Under the pieces are notes generated by a model, which was not told the DNA's origin, did no database searches, and saw only the letters and a list, made by a program, of their open reading frames with translations. From Eledone cirrhosa (taxonomy: Eukaryota), in the NCBI GenBank assembly GCA_964016885.1, contig OZ024742.1, positions 221,588,001-221,652,000 on the forward strand: a stretch of 64,000 nucleotides of DNA. The letters are read 5' to 3'. Position numbers and translations under genes: made by a program. Below are positions 39,471 through 53,922 of the stretch, piece after piece (within the stretch, counting starts at the first letter, position 1; the number at the start of each line of letters is the position of its first letter).

Positions 39471-41729
39471 CATCTACCCCATTTCACTCAAACGACTTAG
39501 CACGACCCAAGTCTATGGTAAATACACAGCGAACTTATTAACTATACTTGCAATAGTGTACCACGGATTACACTATCCATTATGATTTCTTAAAGACGAC
39601 AGAGGTTTTGGCTAGTATTTTTAGTAGGTTAAACAACCAGGTACAGGTCGCCACTCCTACAAGACTTATTTATTAAAATAAATAAGACAAACCTACAGTC
39701 TGGAGTCTACTGAACACTCAAACTTATATAGTGTATTTTAAGTTTAATTTAATTTAGTAGTCCTGTCAGTTATAAGAGACATTAAGTGACTTAACGGTAA
39801 ATTTGTATGTTATATGTAATTTAATTTTAAAAGTAAATGCTTGTTGAATAAAACATCCTCATAAACTAAGACAAAAAAAAAATAATAGCGAAAAATTGTG
39901 ACCGGAAATAAAGTCACACTTTTGCCTAAAAAAATAAAATGTTTTCCGGAGTTTTTTCTCCTTATATCTCGCCGAGGTTAACTTTGCCTTTCGTCCTTCC
40001 ATGGTCGATAAAATAAAGTACCTGTCAAGTTTTCTCCCCCTCCACAAAATTGCTGGCCTTGTGTCTAAATTAGATACAATTTGTATAGATGTTTCTAGTT
40101 TTAGATATATTACTTTTTTATATTTAAATTTTCCGAATTCCGTAAAATATCACAACTGTCTTGTCCGTTTAAATTTACAATGAAATATATTATTTTTATT
40201 TTCATCTCTCTATTAACATTGACGGGAATAAAATAAAGTTACTTATGATGAGGTTAAACTGGAATATAAGTGTTTTCAGTAGGGGTTTTTTTTATATATT
40301 TTACAGATGTCCCAGTCTTAAACAATACTTTTTGTGGTTTTTAAATATAGTGACATTTTCCTCTGCGATTGTTTTTCGATGGATTCCGAAAAATACCACA
40401 ACTGTTTCGTCACTTACCTGCCTTAAATTTTTTTTTGTAGAGATACTACCAACATTGCCTGTTGTGCCGTCTAATAATTGAGTGTATATGTCTTCTCTCG
40501 TTTATTTAATCCTTTCCCTTTTTTATGATTAATTTCTACTGATTTGTTTCTTTAGTAAATCATATTCATTATATAAAGTGTGTTTATATGTAAATAAAAT
40601 GTAGTTAAAACTCTTTTTTTTTTATTCATTCGGTTAGTTTGAAAGCAAGGAAATTAAATTATGTGGCGCATGTGTATGTCCTAGTAAGTAGGTAGCTTGC
40701 TGGCTGTGAAAGAGTTCAGCGCACTGGTTGATGTCGGCCAATTGTTGAGGACAACTGACAAATGTCTATCATCCTCCTACCAGCGCTACCGCTCCCTTAA
40801 AATTAAATTCACTGTCAGTCATGTTTTCTCTTTATACCACAAATACCATACCTTTGACAAGCGTTCTCAGAAACGTGTTATCTTCTGACTAGGAAGTCAG
40901 TCAGTGTCAAGAAAAATAATAAAAGAGACGGAGAGAGTAGTAATCTGCCTTAAAGTTTAACTTAACCTTCGCTTTAACAAAATACTTTCTGTCTCTGGAG
41001 CAAGTGTCTCGGCTGATAACACCTCTTGGTATGTGTTAACCTGAACTAAATTTTATTATATTATACTAGCACAACTTTTATGTATTTCTTCTACGTTTAA
41101 ATAATTCACCTTAAAAAATTACTTCAATACAAAAATAGAATTTGTTTACCATAACTACTTTCCTCGGTTAATATTTTTTACTCATGTTATTTTTATACCA
41201 CCTTAAGAAAATTACTTTAATAATATAAGTATGTTTATGATAACTACTTTTCCCACTTAGTATTTTAACTATTGTTATTTCAACCTTTTTATCTAGTTCA
41301 CTTTACAGGAATTATTTATTTAGCATTACATTTGTCATTCATTTCTTTGGAAAATGTAATAGGTTTTGTGCTGTTTTATTTGTTTAATGACTGAAATGAC
41401 TTGTTTCAACACGGCCTAAGATCAGGTCACTTGCTAGACAAGTACAACTGCGAAATTTATTAATATATTGATCTATTTAATCAACGCTTACAGTTTCATT
41501 AATTTAATAAAAGTTATTGTGCATAAATATTTGTTTTTAACTAACTATAACACTTTGTGACCACATCTTAATTTATATATGGATATTTTTCTTAACTATT
41601 AGATAAAATATTTCCACTAACAAACTCACAGGTACATAACCTGACTTGATTTAAATGTGTGTGTGTTATTAATGGTGTTTATTTTTTGACATTAAATAAA
41701 AGTAACTCTGAATACATAGACGTAAATAC

Positions 41730-41910
41730 AATTATTTTTATAACTTTGAAAGTAATTCAAATATGCTGATATGAGTATAATATATAATACTTGGCTACAA
41801 TATATAAGTTTGTATAATATGCCTGTTGTGTTATATATATTTATATATTTAGCCAAGTACTATACTTATATGAGCATTTTTTAGTTACTTTCAAAGTTAT
41901 AAAAATAATT
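41730..41910. repeat. AT-rich fold-back (inverted repeat, ~75-bp arms)
   Basis: AATTATTTTTATAACTTTGAAAGTAA / TTACTTTCAAAGTTATAAAAATAATT pair perfectly (26 bp); inner TACTTGGCTA / TAGCCAAGTA also pair. Confidence 0.85.
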
Positions 41911-42695
41911 ACATTTAGCTTATTACTCTAAGCATATTATATATGGTCAGTGTTTTCCGTGTAGAAAGAGGGGGAAATGCATTCTTAAATAACCAGTGGT
42001 TGTCTGTATGGGAAGGAAAAAGTATATAATTTATTAGGGCACGTTAGGGTTCCTTCGTCGACTTGCGTGTGTATTTATTGATATATGTATGTATATTTGT
42101 GTGCGTGTGTATATATTTATATATATATGCGCGCGCGGAAATGGGTGTTATAAATGCATTCAAATATTAACTGAATGAGCACTCAATACATGTGAGCAGA
42201 ATGTTGTAAGATTTATTTTCTGAAGTTTCACATAGAGCGGACCATGCAAAATTGTGTATTGGCCATATATAGGTTTCCATGTTTCCTTTTCTAAATATGA
42301 AAAAGATGTGTATTAAAATAGTTATAAGGACTTAGTTGTTATGAACTGCAGTATGTTGACATAGCTACCATTTAGTGTCTACAGCTGACTTTGTTTCTTC
42401 ATAACTTTCTTAATAATTCATATTTTTTAATGAAATTTTGCAGTTATATCTTCGAATTTGTAGATTGTTATTTTTTATACTTTCATTATTGTGTGTGTGT
42501 GTATATATATATACATACATAATCTGTTCGTTAATACTTTCATTTACTGAATATTTTCGATTTATTTCTAGTAAGATTAACATAAACTCAGAAAATGGAT
42601 ACGACCGTCATTTTAACTTTCTTATAAAATGTCTCTAGGATTTTGCGCATATATATATAATATAAGATCAAAAGATGGTTAAAAGAGTTCCAAGT

Positions 42696-42761
42696 ATTTT
42701 ATTATGCGCATTTCAAAAACAAATATCATCATGGGATATCTGCGTTCTCATCAGATAAAAT
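42696..42761 (-). ncRNA. Minimal type I hammerhead ribozyme
   Basis: Minus strand ATTTTAT-CTGATGA-GAACGCAGATATC-ccatgat-GATATTTGTTTTT-GAAA-TGCGCA-TA-ATAAAAT: 7-bp stem I, 13-bp stem II (one mismatch), palindromic stem III ATGCGCAT, AUA cleavage between 42703 and 42702. Lies in a ~180-bp island between (TA)n tracts. Confidence 0.88.
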
Positions 42762-42841
42762 AGGGATACATGATATGAAGCTTAAAAAACACTTGTGTGA
42801 ATAGTGAAGTTTTAAATCAACATAACAAACTCACCTCCAAC

Positions 42842-42892
<51 letters not shown>

Positions 42893-42893
42893 A

Positions 42894-43205
42894 CAGTCTA
42901 CCCCACCATTCGCAGTTCCGGTTATTCGCGGTATTTTCCTTATAACCTAACTAATAATTGTTTGTGGAAACCACCGCATATTCGCGGAATCGTAATTATC
43001 TTCCGCGATTATTTAATAGCTTTTTTTCGTAGCAATATATATTTTTTTAACGCTAAATTATTAACAATATACCGTATTTGACGGCCTATATTTTACGTTG
43101 TTTTAACGTTTATAGGCATTTTTATGGACCACGTCCGACATTCGCGGTTTTTCACTCTTCGCTGGTGCTCTAGCAACGTGACCCCCGCGAATATCGGGAC
43201 AACTG
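42894..43205. mobile_element. Tigger/pogo-like MITE
   Basis: Imperfect TIRs CAGTCTACCCCACCATTCGC / GCGAATATCGGGACAACTG, TA on the left, internal ATTCGCGG repeats. Confidence 0.72.
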
Positions 43206-43215
43206 TGTATGTGTG

Positions 43216-43253
<38 letters not shown>

Positions 43254-44097
43254 GCGGTAAATTCCTTATAATATACATTTCGGTTCTTTGGCAAAATTTC
43301 TACAGCTGGATGTCCTTACTAACGCCAAACACTTTACAAAGTGTGTTAGGTGCATTGTATCGTGGCACCAACACTAGAGGGTTTATCATGTCCTTGACAC
43401 GACTAAACAAACAAACGTTTATCTCAAGCCAAGAGAATCATCAGGCTGGTGTTTATTCTAAGTGTTGCCCTTTTGGTACCACACTGCCTAAAACTAACCT
43501 TGGTTCTACTATACAAAACTGTTTTAATGTGTTTATATTTATGTAAACACCTTCCAACATAATTTTATGTAAGAACCTTTAAGTTGTATTCCAAACACTA
43601 CCTTAATAGTTGGAAGGTTAGTCGTATTACTAAATCCTTTAAAATTCTTGAATATTTTCTCAATTATTTGAAAATCATAAGTAATGTTTTCCATTAGAAA
43701 TATTTGTTTCTACTTTTGGCATAAGGCCAGCAATTATCCCTGTGTATTACTGGTACTTTATTTTATCGACCCCGTAAGGATGAAAGGCAAAGTTAACCTC
43801 GGCAGGATCCATTAAAGATATTGTAACAAAAGGGTTTTATTGACTGAGAGTCCAAGACTCTTCTCTCTTGAACAGGACAAGTCTATTGTCTGGCTAACTC
43901 CTAACTGCTGTTGCTACTCACATTTTCAGCTGGATGAACTGAAGCAACATGAAATGATGTGCCTTGATCAAGGACACATGCTGCCTGATTTGGAGATCAA
44001 ACCCCATGATCATATGCCAACACGATTTAACTTTTTCATTACCATATTTGTGATGAAATCCACTGTATTTCAATTAATGACAGATTTGGGGGGGGGA

Positions 44098-44525
44098 GGG
44101 GGCGATTTACTAGCCGGTAGAGCACTGGACAACATGCTTTGCGGCATAGTTACGGCCCTTTACATTCTGAGTTCAAATCCCGCTGAGGTTAGCTTTCATC
44201 CATAGTCGATAAAATAAAGTACCAGTATTGCACTGGGGTCTGTTTAATCAACTTTCTACTCTCCCTAAATTACTGGCCTTGTGCCTATAGTAGAAATAAT
44301 TATTTCATTATTAAGGGCGGTGGATTGGCAGTATCGGTAGAGCATCAGACATGCTTTGCAGAATATAGTTATGTCCCTTTACATTCTGAGTTCAAATCCC
44401 GCCATAAGCTTTGATTTTCATCTTCATGAGGTTGATAAGCACCACCAATGCACTGGGGTCGATTTAAACGACTTTACCTTTGCCCAAACTTGTTGGCCTT
44501 GTGCCTAAATCAGAAACCATTATTT
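44098..44525 (+). mobile_element. Two tandem Deu/Nin-like SINEs showing CpG decay
   Basis: Same family as 2119-2340; GGTCGAT is changed to GGTTGAT in the second copy. Confidence 0.85.
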
Positions 44526-45265
44526 TATTAAGATGGTATTTGTAACCTAATAAAAAGTTCTTATATCAAACTGTTGAATGATTTTTATTTAAAAAGGAAC
44601 CCTTTACAACTGGTGGTTTTATTTCATAGAAAGTCTGTTCTGGGCAGGTTGTTATCAAAAGGGTTAAGAATAGCATCTTTAAAATTAGCATTAAGAATTG
44701 TGTGTCTGTGGATTAACATGGTGTAAATTGTCCTGGCAACATTATGTATCCCTGAGCAAGACACTTTATTTCACATTGCTCCAGTCCACACGAAAGTGAG
44801 TTGTACCAGTAATAAAACACTACCTATGTCATCTACTGTGTCATGTTGAATCTCCCTGAAAGTGACATTAAGGGTGCACATGCTATGGAATGGCCAGACA
44901 TCTCATGACATGGATGACCCGTCTAACCCATGCAAGCATGGAAAATAGGCGTTAGACCGTGATGACACTATATCTCTGTGTCATGGGGTGACTAAAAGGG
45001 TAGTTGTCAGGAAAGGTATCTAGTTGTAAAACATTACTCAGAAAGGACCCCATGTGAAGATGTGTGTCCGAGTAATTAGTTTTGTACTCACTATCATAAG
45101 CTCATGGGTTTAGTTCCTGCACCGGGCAGCATGTTGTGTTCTTGTGCAAGATACTTTATTTCATGTTTCTTTGCATCATAAAACTGGGGCTCTTATTATT
45201 AAAACACCCAAGAAACCTATGATACCTCATAGGAGGCCAACTAAACCTGCATAGGTGTGAGCTGT

Positions 45266-45296
<31 letters not shown>

Positions 45297-47214
45297 CTAT
45301 TTCAAAAGACTTCATGGGGAGTACAAAGCCTGTCATGGGGCCCACATGGCTAACCCTTGCTTCAGCAGGGAAAATGGCCTTTAAACTACTTGTTGGTATA
45401 GCTGAATAGAGCACCCTAACTATATGACTGGTTCTTATTTTATCACCCTTAACTGGAATTGAACTCAAAATGTAGAGACGTAACTAAACACTGCCTTTTT
45501 TTCTCTTCTTGGGGTCATCGACTTCAATTGATTTCTAAAGATACAGATTGTTTTACAGAGGTGAAGAGTTGAATATTTAACACAAGATTCCATTGACCAA
45601 ACTTAACTCTTATACCACATGAAACCACAATAGAAAGACATTCTTGAAAAGTATAAAACACTGTGGTCATAAGGTTCTTGTGTTTGATTCCAAGACACAG
45701 CAGTGTCTTGAGCAAAACACTACATTTCATGTTTTACCAGAAGTTGTATCCCGACCTACAAGTAGTATCAGCAATAGAAAGACCAGTGGAAACATTGTTA
45801 CCTTGGTCCAATTTGATGATCAACTCCTTTCCTTTTTGTTTTTCTTTACTCCAATATTCCAATTGTTCTCAATAGTAAAGATACTATAAACATTTGAATT
45901 TAGACTGGTTTGGGGATATTTTCTGCTAAATTATTGCAGGATGTTAAGAGTTAATTTACATGTAAAGAGATCAGAATATAATCAAAGGAAATAGTTTGTC
46001 AAAATCTTTGATAACCTTTATAAGTATAAAAAGGTTATCAAAGTTCTTGTGTATAATTTATGTAATAGAAACTTGGGTAATTAGCATTTTTGATACCACC
46101 CTACCTGAAACTGCTCATGGTTTTATGATATGAAACTTTATTCTTATGTGTATACTATCATTATCATAATTTTTATTCCTGCTTTTCTATGCTTGCATGG
46201 GTTAGATGAGTCCTCTTTGTTGCAGCATTTCTCCATTTGTTTCTTTCCTTTGTCTTCTCCTTTATTTTGAGCATCCTATAATCAACTTTCACCACTTCAG
46301 CTCAGCTTTCTTTATCTTGCTCTTCCACAGCTTCCTGGCACGTCACCCAATAATCATTGTCCATGTACATTACATGTTCATGCTAATGTGATCTCTCTTG
46401 TACATTGCATATGATTCCTGTTATGTTCAGATTCTTTCTCGGTGCATCTGTGCTTCATTGTTCATGTAGACTAAAATGTAAGAATGTTCCAAACACCGAC
46501 TAAATGTTATATTACTAAACTCCTCCAAATTCTTGACTATTTTCAAAATTATTTAAAAATCATAGGCAGTGTCTTTCAATAGAAATCCAGTTGCAAAAGG
46601 GTTCAAGTGATTATATCTATCTAAAATCCACCATAATGTTTTGTTAGAACCTTTGTTGAATTATATTCTAAACATTAGCTTAATAAGAAAGCTAGCTATA
46701 TTGCTAAATCCCTTCAAAAACTTAATATTCTAAATTATTTGAAAATTATAGGCAGTGTCTTTCATGAGAAATAGGTTTACTGAAAGGATTAACAAAGATC
46801 AACAAATAAAAGCTTTTGAAATTTATTGCTAGAGGAGAATGCTTCTTTTTTTTTTCCTTTTTCTCATCATATTGCAGTTTTGATGGTCTTATTCACGCCA
46901 GTCACCAATCTGGTATTTCCTCAAACCCACGAAGACTAGACTTTTCTAGAGGCGACCTTTCTTCGCCTTATCATAGCTATATCACTGGGTTGTGATAGTT
47001 TTCTTGGGAGCTAAAGGTGTCACCCATAGCTCCATTTCCTCTAGTAGTTTACCGCTTTTAGTCTGAGTTGCTTATTCGTCCAGCATGAGCCCACTTATAT
47101 CACATCTAACAATCATATCTAGTGGCCGTATCGCTATCTGCCATTTGTAACCCTTCTCTAGCAGAATAGCTCAGCTAACATGGTATTACTTAATTTGTCA
47201 GAATTTGTCAGAAG

Positions 47215-47907
47215 GTGATCTCCAACATGCTCTTGATAGGTTTGATGCTGAGTGCTGTTTGTCCTCTCAATGAAGCCTGTGCAGTGCACTCTACATATGA
47301 ATGGAGTTCCACTGAATCAGGCGAAGTTAAAGTATCTCAGGACTTTGTTTATGAGTGATGAAAAGCAGGAAGTTAAATTAAGTGCAAAATTGCAGGAACT
47401 GGTCAGTAATGTGCCAGCTTTAGCGTTCGGTAATCAGAAGGGAGGTAGATATAGAATTCAAACTTGCTATCGTCAATTTAGTATTCATGCCAACCCTTAC
47501 CTATGGTCATGAATCTTGAGTAATGACTGAAAGAATACAATCATGAATACAAGCAGCTGAAATGGGGTTCCTCTGAAGGATCCTTGGAGTAACATTATTC
47601 AATAGAGTGCATCAGAGCTGCTACTTCTTCAAATTGAGAGATCACAGCTTCGATATTATGGGCATGTGGTTAGAATGTTTCAGGAAAGAATCACTTGAGA
47701 TTTTACAGGCAAAAACAACCGGCAGGAGACCCAGGGGTAGATCCTGAGCAAGATGGTTGGATAACATCCATGAGCTTGGCTGGTCTTGTTTGGGAATCCA
47801 ACTGGATCAATTGGAGACGGTTGCTTCTGAGATGCCCTGCTAGAAGGAGTGTTTGAGGACCCTGCCCCCACGACACTCTCGAGAATGATTGGGCAAAGAA
47901 GAAGAAT
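47215..47907 (+). pseudogene. RTE-like LINE 3' remnant with (GAA)n tail
   Basis: KYLRTLF...PTLTYGHES...IQAAEMGFL...LRYYGHVVRM...RWLDNI, with stops. Confidence 0.8.
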
Positions 47908-50744
47908 GCTGTCAATTTCTGTTGTTGAGAAGTGACTGACACCAGTAAGTCAGTTCTGCAAGAATATGGAAAGAATAAGATGTTACATAGAATGATCATA
48001 AGATAGTTAATAAAATACTTAATATATTTTGAGTATCATTAAGAGCTGTTAAGATAAAAGTACCAATCAAGAGAAGTGGATTGGTTGAATTGTTAGAACA
48101 TTGGACAAGATGTCATATGGTATATGTTCTGAGTTCAAATACCTCTATGGCCTACTTGAGTAGTTAGACTTAACCCTTTCATTATATTTCTAATGAAAGA
48201 CACTGCCTATTATTTTAAAAATAGTTTTGAAAATAAACAAGAATTTGGAGGGATTTAGCTAACTTTCTCATTAAGTTGGTGTTTGGAACATTACTTACAA
48301 AAAGGTTCTTGCATAAAATTATGATGGCAGGCTTTTAGATAAATACAAAAACTTTAAAACTAACAGTTTTATATTAGAGAACCAGAAGTTTCAGGTGGCT
48401 TGGTATCAAATGGGTTAATGATATAACACTTTTATTGCCATATTTCTAATAATAGATATTGACTATAATTTATTAATAATTTGGAGTTATTTAGTAGTGT
48501 AACTAGCTTTCCCATTAAGCTGGTGTTTGGAGCATTGTATAAATTTAGATTGTGTACATTTAGATATAGATATTTTAAAACACACTTTTTTTATAGCATT
48601 GTGACCCCATACATTTTGCCAAGATGAGTATTTTTAGAGTCAGGAAATACTCTAGCCCTGATGTGTTGCTTACTCTCTACATATCATCCTCATCATTTAA
48701 TGTTTGTTTTCCCTGCTAGCAAAAGTTGAACAGGTCACCACAAACCAAGTCAGTACTTAATAGGAACTACTGACTCCCCGGACAGGTCAGGGACCACATT
48801 CCACATATATATACTCCTCCTGCAGTCTACAGAGTGCACTGGATGCGTTTTATCATGGCACCAGCACTAAGGAGGCTATCATGTCTTTGGCACAACTGGA
48901 AATTCATCTCTATACTGTTTGGCAAGTTTTCTATGGCTTGATGACCCTGTCTATCACCGACAACTTTACTGAGTGTACAGGGTGTATTTTATTTTATCAC
49001 TAGCACTAGAGGTTGTTGTACTCTTGACACAAATGAAAACACCTCTCAATTCTTTTTTTTTTTTTTTTTCATGGTTTCTGCAATTGGATGCCTTAGTGTG
49101 TACTGGGTGCATTTTTGTTGCACCATCACAAGGGAGTCTGTCAGTTGACTGAAGAGCATTCTTGTTCCAGCTCCTTCTAGTGCTTTCACATGTTGAGCAG
49201 TGTTTATCATTAATGTTAATCCATTTTTCCATGCTAGTAGGGATTGTACAAGTTGTTACAGACCAGGTCAGTACTTAATCTAAGTTACTGTCCTCTTAGT
49301 TGGGTTGGGCCCATGTCCTGTTCAATATGTTCTATTTTTGACATGGCTTCTATGCTTTGGTGCCCTTCCTTATGTCAACCACTTTACAGAGTGTACCGAA
49401 TGCCCTTTTTTTTTTTTTTTTTTTTTTTTTGCTCCTGAAAACGTCATTATTACAAGATCCTCTGCTCTTCAGAATTGGATAACTGTACCATTTCTAAAGC
49501 CCATTTGATACTCATTTTTTTTTTTTTTTGTCACCCTTGCTTCTTTCATTCAAGCAACTTTATATATATATACATGAAATTTACAGCTCACACCTATGTA
49601 GGAGCTTTTTAAGGTCTTTTAATGATAGACCTCAGTCATATAATAAAAAGTAACCCAAAATAATACGTCTTGCTCAAGAACACAGTGTTCTACAACCTTA
49701 TCATCAAGAATGCAACACTAAGCCATATGCCTACAAAAGGATACTATGTGTTGCCCTTGATGGAAAGTGGGAGAAACACCTGACAACGAATGTCTATGGA
49801 AAATTCCCCCAAATAAGTGAAAAAATAAGAGAATGTTGACAAAACTGGTCCTATGGGATCCACAGCACAATGGGAAGGTAAGGTGGACTTCATGTCATAT
49901 ACAGTAATACCCTGAAGCAAGATATTGGCCTGCAATCTATCAAGGAACTGAAGATGACAATGATGGACAGAGAAGTGTGGGGGATGTCATGTCACATATA
50001 TTGACAACCTGGAATTTAGATGGCAATGTTAGAGAAGTATAGAAAAGGGACATAGCAACCTTGCCCAGGACAGAAACCTGACCTACGTAGTGCTGTTAAC
50101 TATTGATATAAGCAAATCCTTCAACTATATCTGACACCAAAACCTCATAGTTATGATCCCTCTGCCTATGAAGTCCATCTTTATTTTTTCTCTTGGATTT
50201 GAACTGCTTGTGCAAAGGGTTAAGGTGTTTGGACTAACAGTTGTAAGGTTGTGGGTTCATTTCCAGGATCGAGTTGCATGTCCTTGAGCAGAACACTTCA
50301 TTTCACAGTGCTCCAGTCCACTCAACTGGAAAAGTATTAGCAGCAGCCGGACTGGCTCTTTCTCTAGAGTCGAGTCTTGTACTCCAGCCTAATGAGTCAA
50401 ATGAGCCTCCAGACTTGGAACTGACTTCAACACACCTTATTTGTTTTCTTTCCAGTTACTGCACGTTATATCTTTATTACGATAAATTAACAATGAAGGA
50501 GCTTCTACGTGGTTACTCAACCTGCCAAAATTAAGGTGTATAATTTCGAAATTATAAAACGAAGTATTCACATACTCTACAACAGTAAAGATGCTAACGA
50601 AGGCACTGTCTAAACTACAGTATAATTTAATTTTTGAAAGATATCTATTTTAAATAACAACACTACAGATATTTAAAAACGAAAAAGGAAGGGATTTAGG
50701 GTCACAGAAGAACGGGAGGGTAATGGGCGCAGTGGTGTTGGGGC

Positions 50745-51150
50745 TGTGCCCCGTAGACAAGACCGCAAAAGCATTTCCGCGGTCAATAACCAACGACACC
50801 CGCTGCAACACCAACCCACCTCGCAAGGATACTTCCTTAGACGGGTTGCTGACGTTCCGATCTTGCGGAGGAGCTCGGCAGTACGGGTCCAAGTACGCCT
50901 GAGGTCTCTCCGGTATTTGTTTGTTTTCGTTTCTTCTGTATTGCGGGCCGCAGTACCGTGGTTTGTGGCCGAAGCGACTAAGTTGGAGGCGGGGAACGTG
51001 TCGCAACGTGGCATCCCAGATAAGGAACCTACCTCCTTCGAATAGGGAGAGGGTAATTCCATCGGGGCGCTTTCCGTCTCCGCGGTTGAGGCCAGTTGGC
51101 CCCAGTTATGATGGGAAGCCAACTGCGTCCTGGCTTCTCAATATGTCATT
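50745..51150 (-). pseudogene. CRE-clade RLE fragment
   Basis: Minus strand PDGITLS...WDATLR/CDTFPASN...TAARNTEETKTNKYR...LQRVSLVIDRGNAFAVLS. Confidence 0.88.
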
Positions 51151-51217
51151 GCGAGCGAAAATACCTCAATATCTCGTCCGATTCACACATAGCCCTCTCT
51201 CTCCCCATACATACACG

Positions 51218-51248
<31 letters not shown>

Positions 51249-51264
51249 GTATATATATGTATAT

Positions 51265-51324
<60 letters not shown>

Positions 51325-51957
51325 ACCCTAACATGTATAATGCTATGAATCCGCTGAGTTAGATATTTTCAAGATCTATTAAGCTTTCTGATATGTCAAC
51401 TTTCCTCTACCCTAAAAAGAAGGAAGAATACACTGGCTTCTCGTCCCAGACAATATATCTGAATATAATACGGAGTGGTCATGGAAGGAACGCTTTTGAT
51501 AATGTCAACTTCATCAGAGTTGACAGTAGCCACATACGCTCTCGTAGCTTTTTCTTTTCGTTGTACCTACTATATCTCGCATATTCTTACGGGAGGGTCA
51601 TGGTTGGAACGTCTTCGATAACGTATCTGCTAGTATACTAACAAACCACACAATCTTCACACCACCCAAATCCTACTCATCGTTCCTACTGTCTCTCTCT
51701 CCCTCATCCCGCAATAAACTCTGCTGTCTCTTAAACAGTCTCTAGCCTCCTTCCCCTTTTATACAAGCACCCTCTGGAATTCCCACTATCGCCACCACCA
51801 CCACCTTTAACATTAGATTTGACCTACAAAAATCCCCAAATGGAATACCACCACCTACTACATTCTACATCGATCAGGCCAGTCTAGGACAGCCTACAAT
51901 TGTCATGAGGGGTGAGGGGGTTGCTACTGTCCCTATCTAGCTAAGATTAATTACAGT

Positions 51958-52148
51958 AAGGCGGTGGATTGGTAGTGTCGGTAGAGGGTAGGATGACATG
52001 CTTTCCAGCATAGTTACGTCCCTTAACGATCTGAGTTCAAATCCCGCTGAGGTTGACTTTGCCTTTCATCTTTACGGGGTCGATAAAATAAAGTACCAGT
52101 AATGCACTGGATAATTGCTGGCCTTGTTCCAAAAAGTAGAAACAATTA
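51958..52148 (+). mobile_element. Deu/Nin-like SINE with TSD
   Basis: Full head and core; ATTAATTACAGTAA is present on both sides. Confidence 0.85.
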
Positions 52149-53715
52149 ATTACAGTAAACATAATATACAGTGTAATAAGCCTAATCCCCTATATAATCC
52201 TTACAGATATATACGGTGTATATATTATATATATGTGTGTGTGCGTGTAAGGTTATATCAAAAGTTTCAAAAACTCTTATTTACAAAACAATAACAAGCA
52301 GCATTGCTTTGCTTTAAATGGAAGGAAGAGTTAAGCGTATATATATGTCCGTGTGCACATTTATATGTGCGTATATGCGTGTGCGTGCGTGTGTATATAT
52401 ATAAAATGTACTTGTTTAACTGTTGCTAATTGATTTCTGCTGCTGTGGTGGTAGGTGCTTGTTTACCCAGATAGCTTACTACTTCCGATATGCTTGTCAC
52501 TTCCGGATATTTTCCACAATATATCCAAGATGGTTGAAAAATTATTCCAGAATCTTTGTTTAACTTCTTTTAAACACCTAAATAAAAATTTATCCTTTAT
52601 CCTACCTAACAACTACACTGAAGCCATAACTTTGTCTTTTTTGTTCTCTTTCTTTCTGGAGAAAATATGTATAAACACTATCACGCATTATAACGTCTTA
52701 GACCAGTGGTTTACACTTTCACCACCAAGGACCCCTTTTATTTAAATGAATTTTCCCACGGACTCTCCGCTGTAATTACTCTTCCTAGATTGTTATACGA
52801 CAATAATAATAATCGAAAGATTGACATTTTTATACTAAGAGAAGAATGGATATCCAATAATGTTTTTGTGTATTGATTTTTAACAAGGGACTTAACATTT
52901 TGAATTTAGCTTACGGATCCCCTCTGATTTACCTTTGGGTAAAGTCTATTTTTAAAATATTTATTTCGAAATATTGGAACATGAGGTGGGGGGGGGGTCT
53001 TGTTTTTTAAAGTAAATTTATGTTAATAAAATAAAAGAACAAGACGGTTTCGTCTGACCTGTATTTTTTTTAAATATAAAATTTAGTATTTTTATATAGG
53101 GAACTTAATTTTCTTGCGGAAGAAGATAATTTGTGCTGATCTAGTGAATGTCTTCCAGAAAAGAAATGCGAAAGAAGAGAGGATTGTAAATATTTTTAAA
53201 AAGATAGTAAGACGGGGGGAGGGGAGAGAGGTGAATAAATAACTAAACTAACTACATAGCGGAAGAGTTTGTGTATATTAAGAGAAGGGGTTGAGATTAC
53301 AGGGAGCAGTGGGCGAGGGAGAGAGTAAGAGTAGTAAGTGATTAAAGAAAGGGAGTAATATAATGCGAAGGAAGGGAAACAAGGAAAAGATGAGAGAATG
53401 CATGTCGCGATAGGAGCAGGGTTAATGAAAGGAAAGAGGAACTAGTTGACGGGCAGGGGTGGAAAGAAAGACAGTAAAAGTAGGAGAGGTAATATAACAA
53501 GGAGAGAGAGAGATGGACTAAGAGAAGTGAGTGATTTTAGAAGGGGAGATAATATAAAGCCTAGGAGGTAGTGTGAAGATTACATGGAGAGAGAGCTTAA
53601 AAATGGGGGGGGGGGGGTAAAGAGAAATAGTAAGAAAAGTGAGTGATTCAAGAAGGGGAGGTAATGCAAAAGAAGCAGCAGCAGCCCTAACAACAACAAT
53701 AAGAGTTTTTATCAA

Positions 53716-53922
53716 CGCCATCTTGGTATTTTCTGTTTGGAATTTTAGCTGCATTTGAAGCAGACAGAAAGTCTCCGGTTTCTTTTGGATTTCGTACAGG
53801 GATATCCAGGAATTTATAAGGGTGTTTCTTTATAAATTCCGCTTCTCTTCAACCTATTCTCCCGCCCGTTAGTGCAGCCTGTGCATTGAGGAGAACGTCT
53901 GCTTGTGTGTCTTTCGGTGAGT
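53716..53922 (+). promoter_or_regulatory. Candidate promoter-proximal / first non-coding exon
   Basis: YY1-like CGCCATCTT 53716-53724, GC-box-like CCCGCCC and a consensus donor G|GTGAGT at 53917, in unique sequence. Inference only. Confidence 0.3.
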
